Shown here piece after piece: positions 49,790-61,838 of a stretch of 64,000 nt of DNA. Below the pieces are notes generated by a model that saw nothing but the letters and a program-made list of their open reading frames with translations, did not search any database and was not told the origin of the DNA. Made by a program: the position numbers and the translations under genes. The DNA comes from Macrostomum lignano (lineage: Eukaryota). The stretch covers positions 121,316 to 185,315 of the forward strand of contig NIVC01002306.1 in NCBI GenBank assembly GCA_002269645.1. Reading direction: 5' to 3'. Numbering within the stretch: position 1 is the stretch's first letter; the number at the start of each line of letters is the position of its first letter.

Positions 49790-51439
49790 TTGCTTAAAGA
49801 AGTTTTTTTCAAAGTCAATTAAATTTTGGGTAAAAAAAACTTTTTGATTTAGGTCAGAAAAAACTATAGATGTATGTATCAGTCAATATTTTCAATAGAA
49901 AGCTATGACTCTAAAAAACTGTAGAATATCTTTCTTATTTAAATTGATTCACCAGGCCTAGCTCAATTATTTTTACTAGCCAGCCTAATATATTATTCAG
50001 ATTGGATTGAAAACTTATCGCTCAGTCTCAGGTCTAGTATTCTAGAAATAGTAATAGGCCTGGCCTATTAGCCTATGTATAGTGGATTGCACACAAGTAA
50101 GGCAAGGTAAGCTCAGTGTTGTTAAAAAAATCTCTTCACTTAAATAAGTTTATATGGCTGAAAATAAAACTGTGTGCATGCATTTGACGCCGGTATGAGT
50201 AAAATAAATCGCAAGATAATAAATCTCACAGACCAATCAAACAAACCTGTTTAAGAATAAGAAGAAAAGAGCAGGGCCGGCTGATGACGGCGTATTCGAT
50301 ATTTAATTAACGTGTTTATCTACGGGCTTAAAACTCTTAGTTTGTACAATGTATTTTATACAAGTATTCAAATAATTAAAGCTACGTGATCGAAGTAAAA
50401 GAAAGACTACAATACTTAAATTATCTGCAATTTTTGTTTTAAATGTATTGTCTCCATATTACCGGATGTCACTGGCATTTACCGTAGTACGTAAAATCCC
50501 AAAAGATCATATACAGTATACACAAGATGCGCCACTCATTAACCGCTTACATGGCCATAGAAGCTAATGTAAAAATTTAGCATCTTGCGACAACGCGAAA
50601 ATCAACTACTGAACTCAATTTCGTCAGTAGTCTCTGCAGTGAATTCATGTGAATTCATCATTCTTAGTTCACTTGAGTAGCTTTTAAATTAATTCATCAG
50701 AAGTTTATTCAATTCTCAGAAAATAGCGGCTATGTCCCTAAGCTACTGAACTCAAAATTTAAGCAACCCATGTCGGCTTTTTTCACACAAGGGACGAAAA
50801 ACAGCTGTCGCGCTTCCCTATTGCCGCAATACAAAGTGGCCAAGATAAAGATAGATAACTAGATAACTTGATGAGGACGCACTTTTTTCCAAATCCCGCG
50901 CTAGCACATGAGCTCTAAACTTATAACTAGCCTACTAACAGTGGGCAATGGGCATTTTTATCCTTTTTCTGCGAATTGTCATAGGGATCTATACTGTTTG
51001 GTCTATATAGGGATATAAGGGATATAATGTTTGGTCATGGTAGCCATAATAACATAGGCGCAGCTTTTTGGATCATAAATCATCGCTTTCGAAGCTGGTC
51101 TGACAGCCACCTGCGCCTCATTCAGTGTTGAGACGGGCGCCAGATGGTCTGAGGGGATGCGAAAGATAGCTTTTTTCTCATCATTTTGACAGGCCATCAA
51201 GATTTATGAGGTCAGGGCCTATTGTTCGTGTTCACTCAAGCGTGTGACAGTTTTGACAGCTATGCGTTTTACCCCTAAAAGTACTTTGGGATTAGCGATT
51301 AGCGATTTCTCTTCATTATCTTCACTTTCTATTTAATAAGAGCTTTCTAATGTATATTTTTTCATTAATTTTTGTCAATTCTACGCGAAAAGTCATAATA
51401 ATCATTTTGCTGCGATTTTGATTGATTTATGGCCGCACC

Positions 51440-52168
51440 TGTCATGTTTTTACGACCTCGAGGGAACTGATAGGATATCCTGGTAACGTGATTCTGGGTA
51501 GCAACGAGCTTAGCCAATCAGAAAATTCGTCACTCATTTTAACAAATCGGCTCAGCCAATCAGAATCGACGTGTCCCATTATAACAAACTGCGGTCCAGT
51601 TGGCGGCTATTTAAACCGGTGTTTTTGGCCCGCTCGGACAGCACCTTTCCGGGTGCTATACCCCCACCTTTCTGGGTGCTACCCTTGCAAACCTTCTTGC
51701 CACCGGGTGCCACCCTTGGCTCCACCGGCCAGGAATTGACCGTCGTTTCTTGATCCCCGGATTGCGACTTCCCCCCATCATCATCAAGGACGAATCCCCC
51801 CGGTCATCAGCAGTGAACATCAAAGTGAAGAGCATCACCTGCTAGCTATCAGCGAAGATTGTGACATCAGTATCATCCCGGGCCTACAGCTGCGAAGCAC
51901 TAAGCCGATTCGGTCACTGTGGATTACCATGGTCTCCGGCTGTTGAGTTTCTGATTGGTTGGGTGAGAGGCTGCCTAGACTTGCTTGATTGGGTGATTCC
52001 TTATCTGTCCCGGCCTGTTTCAGTAGCTGGATTAGGCGCACACTTTTGCTCATTTTGTTCAGTAGTGCTGTAATCGAGGCAGAAGTCATTCAATAATACT
52101 GCTAGTAGTCTAAAACTCCAATTCAATCTGAAGTGTGAAGTGATCTAAGGAGAAGGTTAAATCTAACA
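51440..52168 (+). mobile_element. Possible solo LTR / promoter-like repeat
   Basis: Starts TGTCA and ends TAACA; contains two AGCCAATCAGAA boxes and a TATTTAAA. No matching TSD found. Confidence 0.25.
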
Positions 52169-54689
52169 GTTATTTTTATCGGTTTTATTTCTTTGTTCGC
52201 CGATGGCTCAGATGAATAGCTAAGCTAGTAGGCGCCGGTCACAGTGGACCAATGGCAAGGCAGTTCTCAGTCGATCAATCTATCAAATCAGTGAGCAAAA
52301 CAGCCAGTAGTGCAGAATCGGCACCAGAGATGTACTCTGTGCACTCTAGGTTCGCCAAGCGGCTCGGGTAATGAATCATGCGGTCTCTGATGTTCGAGTT
52401 AGCCTATCATCAGCGCTAGGAGAGGCTGGTTGGCGCGTTGATGGCCAAAAGTACAATTCTTCGTATTTAGCAATGTAATAGTACATCCCAGTAAAAAAGG
52501 GTAGTCGGAATTCGATTGGAATCTGATCGGAATTTAATCGGCAGTCGGAATTTGCCGGAAAAGGTTTAAACCACAATATTTTGTTTTATATAACACGTTA
52601 CTATGATAATAAGCATAAAGACGTGTATAACATTTACCGACCGATATTCCGATCGATATTCCTATCGATATTCCGACCGATATTTTTATATGAAACACAT
52701 GTAAAAAAACAAAATAGTTTCGATTTTCCTCACAATGTGCATTGAATATCATGCAGCGATTTCTTCTTTTGTGTAGGCCAATATGAAATGCTCATTTTTA
52801 TGCTGCAATCTTACTTAAATCGTCTTTTTATTATCACTAGGCCCTACTTTTTGGTAGACCTCAAGAGATTCATTATTAAGGCTAGTGTAGGCCTAGCATT
52901 AATAAAATTATTTTTATCGCTATTTAGCTAATAAAGTTGCCTTTGACATTTGTTTACTAATTAACTAGCTTAATATTTTAAGCAAAAAATAGGTGCAGCA
53001 GTTATTTTCTCTTCTTTATGCAGATGCTTTACATTGTTTGCTTGGCAATTCTAATTCTCTATTATACTCTATTATACTCTCTAGTATACTCTATGACTAT
53101 AGTATTCTAGTCCTGACTTATATATAGGCCCCTGTGCTCTAGCAAGTTTGTTGCATAGCATATAGTATATCTAGTCTAGTTGACTTACCTATTCCATTTT
53201 AGGCCCACCAGGCTAAAGGCCTATATAAAAAAAGATACATAGGCCTAGTTTTTTTCTTTTTTTCAATTATCTAACTAGTAACTTAGTTTTTTTAGATAAA
53301 AACTAGCTATAAGCATAGCTATCTAATGTAGTTAACAAAAAGTAAATATGTGTATAATATAAACACATAATATATGTGCATATAATATAAAATTCAATAA
53401 AAAGTAATATTAGGATGACAAAGTTTTTGTTTTTATCTTAGAAAATTAGGTAGAAAAATATAGATCATATATAAATTTAATACATGGTGTTATATATGTT
53501 TTGTATCAACAAAAAAAATTTTCAAGTCAAATTGTGTCCCAGGGCTCTCAATTATTCTTTTGCTAGCCGTACTAGCTGCCACCAAAGTTGTAATAGAGCT
53601 ATTTCTCCTTAACAATTCTACTGATTATTAATTGTCTTGCTACTAGTAGCGCATATATTTCTATTGGTAGCATATGTACTTTTATTGGTAGCATCTATAC
53701 CTCTATTGTACTTTCTGGCCTGAGTGGTCTTTTAGGCATTGTCTATCCTATTCCTATACTCTAAAGATATTATTCTTAGTCCTAGGCATTCCCGGGATCA
53801 GAGGGTTACAGCGCACTTTGCTGGGTATTCTGCCCTGAGGTGGGTTTCTCAGACTCTAAGCCTGGATTTCTCTACCCTGTGGTAGGATCTCTGCCTCCTA
53901 AAGGCGGGTTACTAGACTCCTAAGTTTAGGATTTCTCGTTCTCTGAAAACAGACTGGACTCCCAATCTTGGGGCAACTCCTAAACTACTATCCACTACTC
54001 GAAATAAGTAACACGAGCAAATATGAGCCCAAGGCTGATTTCTTCTCAAATGAGAGTATTAAAGTTGTTCAGGAACAGAAGTTACTTTGCCAGGCTCCCA
54101 AGTGGCCTCTATTTATAGTAAAAACTTCTTATTGTTTCAAACAAAATATTATACAAAAAATATAGAAAATATGCAAAATATATGAAATATTCGCGTAGTA
54201 TAACAATAGCGTTTGAATTTATATGTCTCTAAGAAATGTAAAACTACTTACTAAAATCAAAGCCTATTACAATTGTAATTACCTTTAAAGAAAAAATTTA
54301 TGGATAGAAAGAATAAGCAATTCTAACTTGATAGAAAATTGTATATTATAGCAAAAAGAAAATAATTCTAGTAAAAAGAAAACATTTATACATAGTTTAA
54401 AAATATCTTATTCTAAAAAGAAAGTATCATAATATAAAACAAAATGGTATAGCCTTAAAAGTAAGATTAAATAGAAAATTGTTTTGGCTAAATAGAAAAG
54501 TAATTTTGGCAAAATAGAAAAGTAAAGTAAACTAAAAAGAAATTAATCTAACTAAAAAGTTCTTTACAAAGTTTGCAAAAACCTTTAGGCAAAAACAATA
54601 AAAGATATAGAATTCTATTGTCTATTTGTAAGCTATGGCATAAGCAGTTAATTGCTAAAAGAATTTTAATGCAAGGTAAATATATAAGA

Positions 54690-55370
54690 TAATCTCCAAC
54701 TATAAAAATCAAAACTCTGTGTGTCTGTCTGTGTACAAATTACTTCGCTGTATAGACTCCCAAACCGCTCAACCAAATTACACCAAATTTTGCACCCACC
54801 CTAAATTCACTACCTTATAGACTACCTTAAAATTTCCTAAATTTGAGTCTTCCCACCTTAAAGTGCAAAAAACTGCTCAAAATGCGCAATTTTTTCACTA
54901 AATCCTCTATAGCACCACTCTACTTCCACCGATTCTCTTCAAATTGGACACACTCAATCTTCAACTATTTTGACACAATTGTGTAAAATTTTGAGTCTTA
55001 AAGTTAATCCTAAACGGCGCTGTGCACTTTTAAAGTTAGGCTGTTTTTTTCAGTGTAGCAACCACCCCAACCTCCGCCCACCTGCCTCTCTTTCCCGATC
55101 CTGATCTGGGCCCAGATGTGTAAAAGGGGTTTCAAAATTGACTAACTTTTGGCTGCCATAAGTTTGCTCCACATGAAGCAATTGACTTCAAATTTGACAC
55201 AATTCTTTATTGACTCATTCTCTGTCTAATTGTAAAGTCTCAACTCTGTATCTCAATCAGAACAGAAACTGTAGGCATGTGAAGTCTGTCTGCTTTTTCT
55301 GTTGTTTGTTCCACTCACTCACTCATTCCCCCAGCCCAGACAAAGGGTCAGGCGATAGGGCTCAATGTAC
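54690..55370 (+). mobile_element. Possible non-autonomous Helitron-like element
   Basis: Opening tataaaaatc...tctgtgtgtctgtctgtg...aaaccgctcaaccaaattacaccaaatttt resembles invertebrate non-autonomous Helitron 5' regions. No clean 3' hairpin or CTAG end seen. Confidence 0.3.
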
Positions 55371-55822
55371 ATAGCAAATGTACAGTGTTTTGGAATAACT
55401 TTTTAATAGCCTTCTCTGTACCCCCGCGTGTGGAGAGGCTACGTTTAGCCATGACAGTTTAGTGAGAAATTCTAACCACTGTCCTATGTATTGGCAAACT
55501 CTGCAGCAGTTTAACAGTGGATGGCAAATCAAGGGAATCCAGCATGGTTTGTATAAGCGAAAGATTTATGAAAAGGCAATGCAATGCAATACAACCCTAT
55601 TAAATTAGTCACACCATGGAAATTTTAGGTTTCTCCTCAAAGTACTTTAAATTTTAAATGTCCTAAAAATGCATATTTCCTTGGTTGTTAGACTGATGCA
55701 GACTGCAATGGAGCTGAAAATACACAATTCTTTTCAGGACTGCAAATTGGCAAGAAAGATGACATGATCAAAGTATGAGAACAGCCATGAGAGTACTACG
55801 TCTCACAAACTGGCTTTCCAAG

Positions 55823-56560
55823 CAGGAATGGCGAATGGGCAGACTTTTACTTCAAAAGCCAGATAAAGAATCCAGTATCCAGCTTATGTGCAGGCCAGAT
55901 AAGAGTGGAAAGGAGAAGGAATAGACGGAATAGAAGGAATAGAAGAGATGAAAGGCAAGAGGGGGATATGAGAAAACATTGAATATAAGAGGAGAGACAA
56001 GTGGGGAGGAGAGAGCAGAGAAGAAGGGAGGAGGAGGGGAGAAAGGAGGGAGAGGAAAGAGTAAAGGTAAGAAGAGGGGAGAGATGAGACAGAGGATCGA
56101 TGAGAGGAGAGTAGAGAAGAGTGAGAAGAGAGTAGAGATGAGAAAGCAGAAAGAAGATAACAGAGGAAAGAGAGGAGTCAGAACAGGTGAAAGAGAAGAA
56201 TACAGAGGAGATAAGTGAGTGAACGTATAAGAGAGTAAAGATGACAGATAAGAAAGCAGATGAACAGACAAGAGATGGGAGAGTACAGAGAACAAAGGAG
56301 AGATAAGAGAGAAGAGATTACAGAGACTAGAGGAGAGAGGAGAGACAGGAAGAGAGAAGAGGAAATAGGAGAATGAAGAGGGGAGTGAGTAGAGAGGAGA
56401 AGAGAGATTGGAGAGGAGAGAGAGAGGGAGAGAGAGAGAGAGAGAAAGTGCAGAGCAGATAGAAACGAGAAGAGATAAGAGAGAAAAAATAAAAGAAAAA
56501 AAAGAAGAGATGAAAGAGCAGACGAGAGAGAAGAGAAGAATTAGTGAAGAAAAATATTCT
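55823..56560 (+). mobile_element. Decayed relative of the 40686-42760 hAT end with a ~650-bp purine-rich (GA) tract
   Basis: ttttacttcaaaagccagataaagaatcca...gcaggccagat matches the reverse complement of 42690-42750, and is followed by a GA-rich tract like that element's subterminal CT tract. Confidence 0.6.
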
Positions 56561-58092
56561 AGCCTAGAATAAAAAGCACTTCCAGCCTTAAAGTAAAACT
56601 TTTATAGACTGAAGGTTAAGCCAATGTAGCCACGGTGGAAATTAATAAGAAAAAGAACACATGAATAGATTTTCTTCTGACTTGAATCATTCAATCAAAT
56701 TTTTGCAATATAGTATTATTATTGACATCTTTCAAAGGGATTGCTCCATTTTATAAAGAAAAAACATAAAAGCTAGATTATTCACCTATTATACCAGAGG
56801 CCAAACAAGGTTGCTAACTAGAAGAATTCTAGAAAACTAGCAGTGAGTTGCATAGTGCTTCTCTAACTTAAATAGATCTTTTTAGCTTATGAATTTAATC
56901 TTATACTTGAAATTGTATTAAATGGAAATGCTAGCCAGTAATTCTATAGAGATGGAAAAGTCTGCACTTCAAATATATGCAAACTTCTAAAAAGCTCTGA
57001 AAACACTATCTCTCTTTCTCTTGGAAAGGCATATACAGTGATTTTAATACAAAAATGAGTTAGTTGTATTGTATTGCACAGTCTAATTAACTATGGTATA
57101 TGTGGGTAAACCTAACTTTATCTAATTGAAAACCATAAGTGGGATTTTTAACAACTTAAAACCATTGAAAACTAGACCTAGGATCATTGTAAAGCAGACT
57201 TGGAATTATTATTATACTGGATTCTACTATTCTACTGGATTCGTATCCTGCATCTGATGAGCCATCTAAATCAGGACTCTCATCTTCCATGCCAAATCAT
57301 CTAGCAAGTGGAATTATTCTTGAGCTATTGGTGAATACGTTGTGAATTGTATCATACTGTATTCACCTCACTTTTACTTCTAGGCATTCAAGAATCATGA
57401 CTTGTGTAGTACTGTGTATGCTCACTACAGTGTATTAAGACAATTTACAAATTGTCTCACAGGCCGCCACTAGAGGGCATAGTGATTAGCTGTTAAAACA
57501 ATCTGCACAGACTATGTAAAAAAACTAGCTGGCGAGGCATTTAGCCTTAAAAATAAGGTGATAGTTACTCCTGCTGTTTACCTAAAAGTACGTTTATTTT
57601 CTTAGCTTTCTTTCATGGGTACGTCGCATTTTTTGATAGAAAACTAAGTCACACGGCCAGTGTAATTTCAGAGGTTGCGTATGTATGTCAGCAATCCCCC
57701 CATAAGCCTGACATCTCAGCAATCCCCTTAATGGAGCTTAATGAGGATTCCCTGCAATTCCCTGCAGCTTAAGGCAATACCCAAATATTCGAGAATCAAA
57801 CAAATTATTATTTTAAGACGAAGGATTAGCCATTATGGATGAAGTAGGCATTTAAGAAAGATAATTGTATCTACCTGAATAGAGGGTAATGGGGCTGCCA
57901 AATCTTTTTAAACAACCCTACGACACTGCCAAGGTAATCACACAAGTGATAACTAAATTCTAAGGAGACTAAAATCTTCCTGAGCAGGTTTTAGTGTCAT
58001 TTTACATTCAGGTTTAAATTTTTTAAAGTATTATTTAATGAACTTAATCGTCGGTATCTTTGCCTAGACGATATCATATTACGAATTTTACT

Positions 58093-61000
58093 ATGAAAGC
58101 CCTTTTTCAGGATCAAGAAGTCACAATCGCAATTACTGCTGCCGTATTTTCTACATATTTTTGTAAAGAAACTGGTCAACTCGATCGCAGATGGCTTCAC
58201 GAAGTCGTATTTCCTCAGTTGCGAGAAATAAATGAATTCGGAATATTTCATGTTAACAAAGAGATCATTCGAACAAGTCTTCGTAGGAAGGGCAGCAACA
58301 GTTATTTATTACGACTAGTTTGCGCTGAATCAGCAGGCTGCAAGACAGTTATTACGTTGTCGATGGCAGATTTGCCTCTGATTGACAGTGTTAACTTAAG
58401 GTTGCAAAAGAAAAACGAGCACAGCGGCCACAGAGTGATTCTTCCAAACGACAATGTCCGCCATCTGTGGGAGCATGGTTCACAAGAGTGTCGAGAATTT
58501 GTCGCGAGTAAGGCGGCATGCAAAGACGCAAGACCGACTGAAATTTACGAGGGAAGCCTGCAGCATTTTAAGTCAGGTAAAATATGTTCCTTAGCGTCAG
58601 TGCGACAAGCATGTAGTCGTATTCAGAATGCTTCTAGAAGAAGCCAAAACGAGCACGAAGATTTGCGCAAGCAAATGTTAGATTGGAAAATATCGCTAGT
58701 ATCGGAAGACGCTGTATCTGGATTTATTCAGCGTATCAGTACGGCTCCATTTGGAGTCGTTATTTATTGCGCGGAACAACAATTTCTTTTGCGCCAATTA
58801 CTTGCCAGGAATCCCTACGCTCCAGTCCACATCGACGCAACTGGTGGGCTCGTACGAAAATCGGAACTTATACCTGAAAATGTGCTGCTCTGCAGCGCAG
58901 TTGTTAGTTCTGAATCTGAATCTGTTGTGGCAACGCCAATAGCAGAGGCGGTATTGGAGTCCACGAAGACCGAAGATATATCCGCGTGGATTGAATCCTT
59001 TCTGCTCAATTTTGCCCGGTTTCAAGACCGAGGTGTTTGGGAAGTGTCAAAGGTTGGCCCGCGTATTTATGTTATCGACTTCAGCTGGGTCTTTCTCCAT
59101 GGCGTTCTTCGTGCTGCTGCCATAATGGATCTAGGAACGTATTTAAGAAAGCAATTCAAGCGACTAACCTCATGGGACGTTAAACCTCCATCGTACCCAC
59201 TTGTATTCATTTGCAGTTCGCATCTAATGCATCGTGTTGCAATGACGATCGCTATCAAAAACAGAGAAACGAAAAAAAACTTTCTTATCTTTTTTGCCAA
59301 TCTTATTACTGCTGATAGTTTAGAAACAGCGAAGTCGGTCTGGGAGACCATGCTTCGTCTATTTTGCAGCCAGTATGTAACGTCCGTTGTGCAAGACGCT
59401 TTCGAAGTGCTTCATCAGTACAAGCTTCCTTGCCATCTAGCTGTCATGAATTTGTGAATGAAATGCCGGATCCTGAAGAGGAAAATCAATCAGGAATTTC
59501 AGTTGATCCTCCAGATTCGGAAGCTGCTACAACACTACGATCAAGTTCACCCTTTTCAGGAATTTTCGGTGTTCCTGAGCCAATCAATACCGAGGCAAAA
59601 GAGTTGAATCCTAACTTTTCTCTAGAGGCTATGCAAAAAGTCTTTAAACTTTATCTACCGCTTCTGCCGATTTGGAGCGTGTGTGTTTTCAAAGGAACGC
59701 CTATTAGCACGCACCTAACGAACGCACCTGTTGAATCCTGGTTTCGTTGGGTAAAAGCTAGAGTGCGTCGTAAAAGTGGCACGCGTTTGTTGATTGGAAA
59801 CTTTCTACGGGCACAACTCGAATGTGTACTAGAGCGCATTAGTCGAGTCAAAAAGAATCAGCAGACTGTTCTTCCACCTCGGCGACCAAGACGTCGCAAG
59901 GTAAATGAAGAGGCACCTCACGTTCCCAAAGGGGACCCTTGGGCCTCCAGAGTTTCAAAACCCTCTTACTTAGGCGGGAAAATTGCCTCAAAGCTACCGT
60001 TTAAGTGCAGCCAACTGCGTCCTGCAAGAAAATCAGAGCACCGATTTGCTCCGAAATCTGAAACTCCAACGTGTGCACTAAGTCCGCCTGCCACTCTTTC
60101 CAAGAATACTTTTATTACTGTTAAGGCAGATAACTGCGGCGAAGAGATCAAATCCGTCTACAGAGGTTGCGTTTTCATACGCCGAGACTGCGCCAAAACT
60201 GAGATTGGCCGAGAGTGCGCAGCCACAACTGAGATTGGCCAAGAGTGCGCAGCCACAACTGAGATTGGCCGAGAGTGCGCAGCCACAACTGAGATTGGCC
60301 GAGAGTGCGCAGCCACAACTGAGATTGGCCGAGAGTGCGCAGCCACAACTGAGATTGGCCGAGAGTGCGCAGCCACAACTGAGATTGGCAAAGAGTGCGC
60401 AGCCATAACTGAGATTGGCCAAGAGTGCACAGCCACAACTGAGATTGGCCAAGAGTGCGCAGCCATAACTGAGATTGGCCAAGAGTGCGCAGCCACAACT
60501 GAGATTGGCCAAGAGTGCACAGCCACAACTGAGATTGGCCAAGAGTGCGCAGCCATAACTGAGATTGGCCAAGAGTGCGCAGCCACAACTGAGATTGGCC
60601 AAGAGTGCACAGCCACAACTGAGATTGGCCGAGAGTGCGCAGCCACAACTGAGATTGGCCGAGAGTGCGCAGCCACAACTGAGAATGGCCGAGAGTGCGC
60701 AGCCACAACTGAGAATGGCCGAGAGTGCCCAATCAAACTGAAGCTGGCCGAGGGTGCGCAGTCGAAACGGATGATGGCCGAGAGTTCGAAGCCAAAACGA
60801 ATGATCGCTGAGAGTCCGCAGTCAAAGCGGAGGATGGCTGAGAGTGCGCAGCCGAAGCGGAGGATGGCTGAGAGTCCGCAGCCGAAGCGGAGGATGGCTG
60901 AGAGTGCGCAGCCGAAGCGGAGGATGGCTGAGAGTCCGCAGCCGAAGCGGAGGATGGCTGAGAGTGCGCAGCCGAAGCGGAGGATGGCTGAGAGTCCGCA

Positions 61001-61714
61001 GCCGAAGCGGAGGATGGCTGAGAGTGCGCAGCCGAAGCGGAGGATGGCTGAGAGTCGCAGCCGAAGCGGAGGATGGCTGAGAGTGCGCAGCCGAAGCGGA
61101 GGATGGCTGAGAGTCCGCAGCCGAAGCGGAGGATGGCTGAGAGTGCGCAGCCGAAGCGGAGGATGGCTGAGAGTCCGCAGCCGAAGCGGAGGATGGCTGA
61201 GAGTGCGCAGTCGAAGCGGAGGATGGCTGAGAGTGCACAGCCGAAGCGGAGGATGGCTGAGAGTGCACAGCCGAAGCGGAGGATGGCTGAGAGCGCGCAA
61301 TTCAATCCAAGGACGACAGAGAGCACGCAGCTAAAAACGAGAGTGGGCAAGAGGGCGCAACCTAAACGTAGGATGGCCAACAGTGCACAGGTCAATCGCA
61401 GACAGACTTCTGTCGAGTTAAAGAGCACTAAAAACCCTTTAGTTTCGACGAGCATCAATCAACTTTTTCATTTTATGGACAAAAAAGAAAATTCTAAGTG
61501 TCCCGCTACGTCAAGAAAATTCATCACCAGTGACTCAAAACGCCTCAAAATTCTTCCTACTGCCAGTGCAAAATCCAAAAAAAACAGAGATGAAAATTTT
61601 ACTAAGGAAGAGCTCGTGCCTTGTTTCTCAACCCAAGAAAAGTATGGAAAATTCTGTATCAGGCGCTTCGATCGCGATTCTCTTCTTAGCGAGCGCAGTT
61701 GGATCAGTGTCACG
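58093..61714 (+). pseudogene. MULE (NOF-FB-like) DDE transposase with two 1-bp frameshifts; 3' end lost after a splice donor
   Basis: WRKY/GCM1-like CAESAGC...HSGH. Catalytic motifs VHIDATGG (D, 58834), YVIDFSW (D, 59077), ICSSH and TNAPVESWFRWVK (E, 59733). Frame breaks at ~59425 and ~61056; GTAAGT donor at 61715. Confidence 0.85.
60190..61300 (+). repeat. Two homologous 30-bp coding minisatellites within the MULE transposase
   Basis: (GAGATTGGCCGAGAGTGCGCAGCCACAACT)n at ~60190-60727 and (AGGATGGCTGAGAGTGCGCAGCCGAAGCGG)n at ~60745-61300 share GAGAGTGCGCAGCC. Confidence 0.95.
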
Positions 61715-61838
61715 GTAAGTTGGTGTTGGTCTTGTGTCCTTTAAAGTCTTTTAATTACAGCTCAATTCTTAAATCCTTTTGATATGCTCAATTGACAATC
61801 AGTTCTGTGAATTATTTCAAAGAAAGTAAGCTTTATTT

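Noticed and set aside
55852-56295. Hydrophobic 147-aa ORF as a membrane protein
   Set aside because: Translation of the CT-rich strand of the GA tract.
57255-57300. CTGATGAG as a hammerhead core
   Set aside because: No stem II followed by GAAA, and no closing stems.
57467-57478. CCACTAGAGGGC as a CTCF site
   Set aside because: A single motif match with no supporting context; such motifs are common in TE remnants, and whether this organism has CTCF is unknown.
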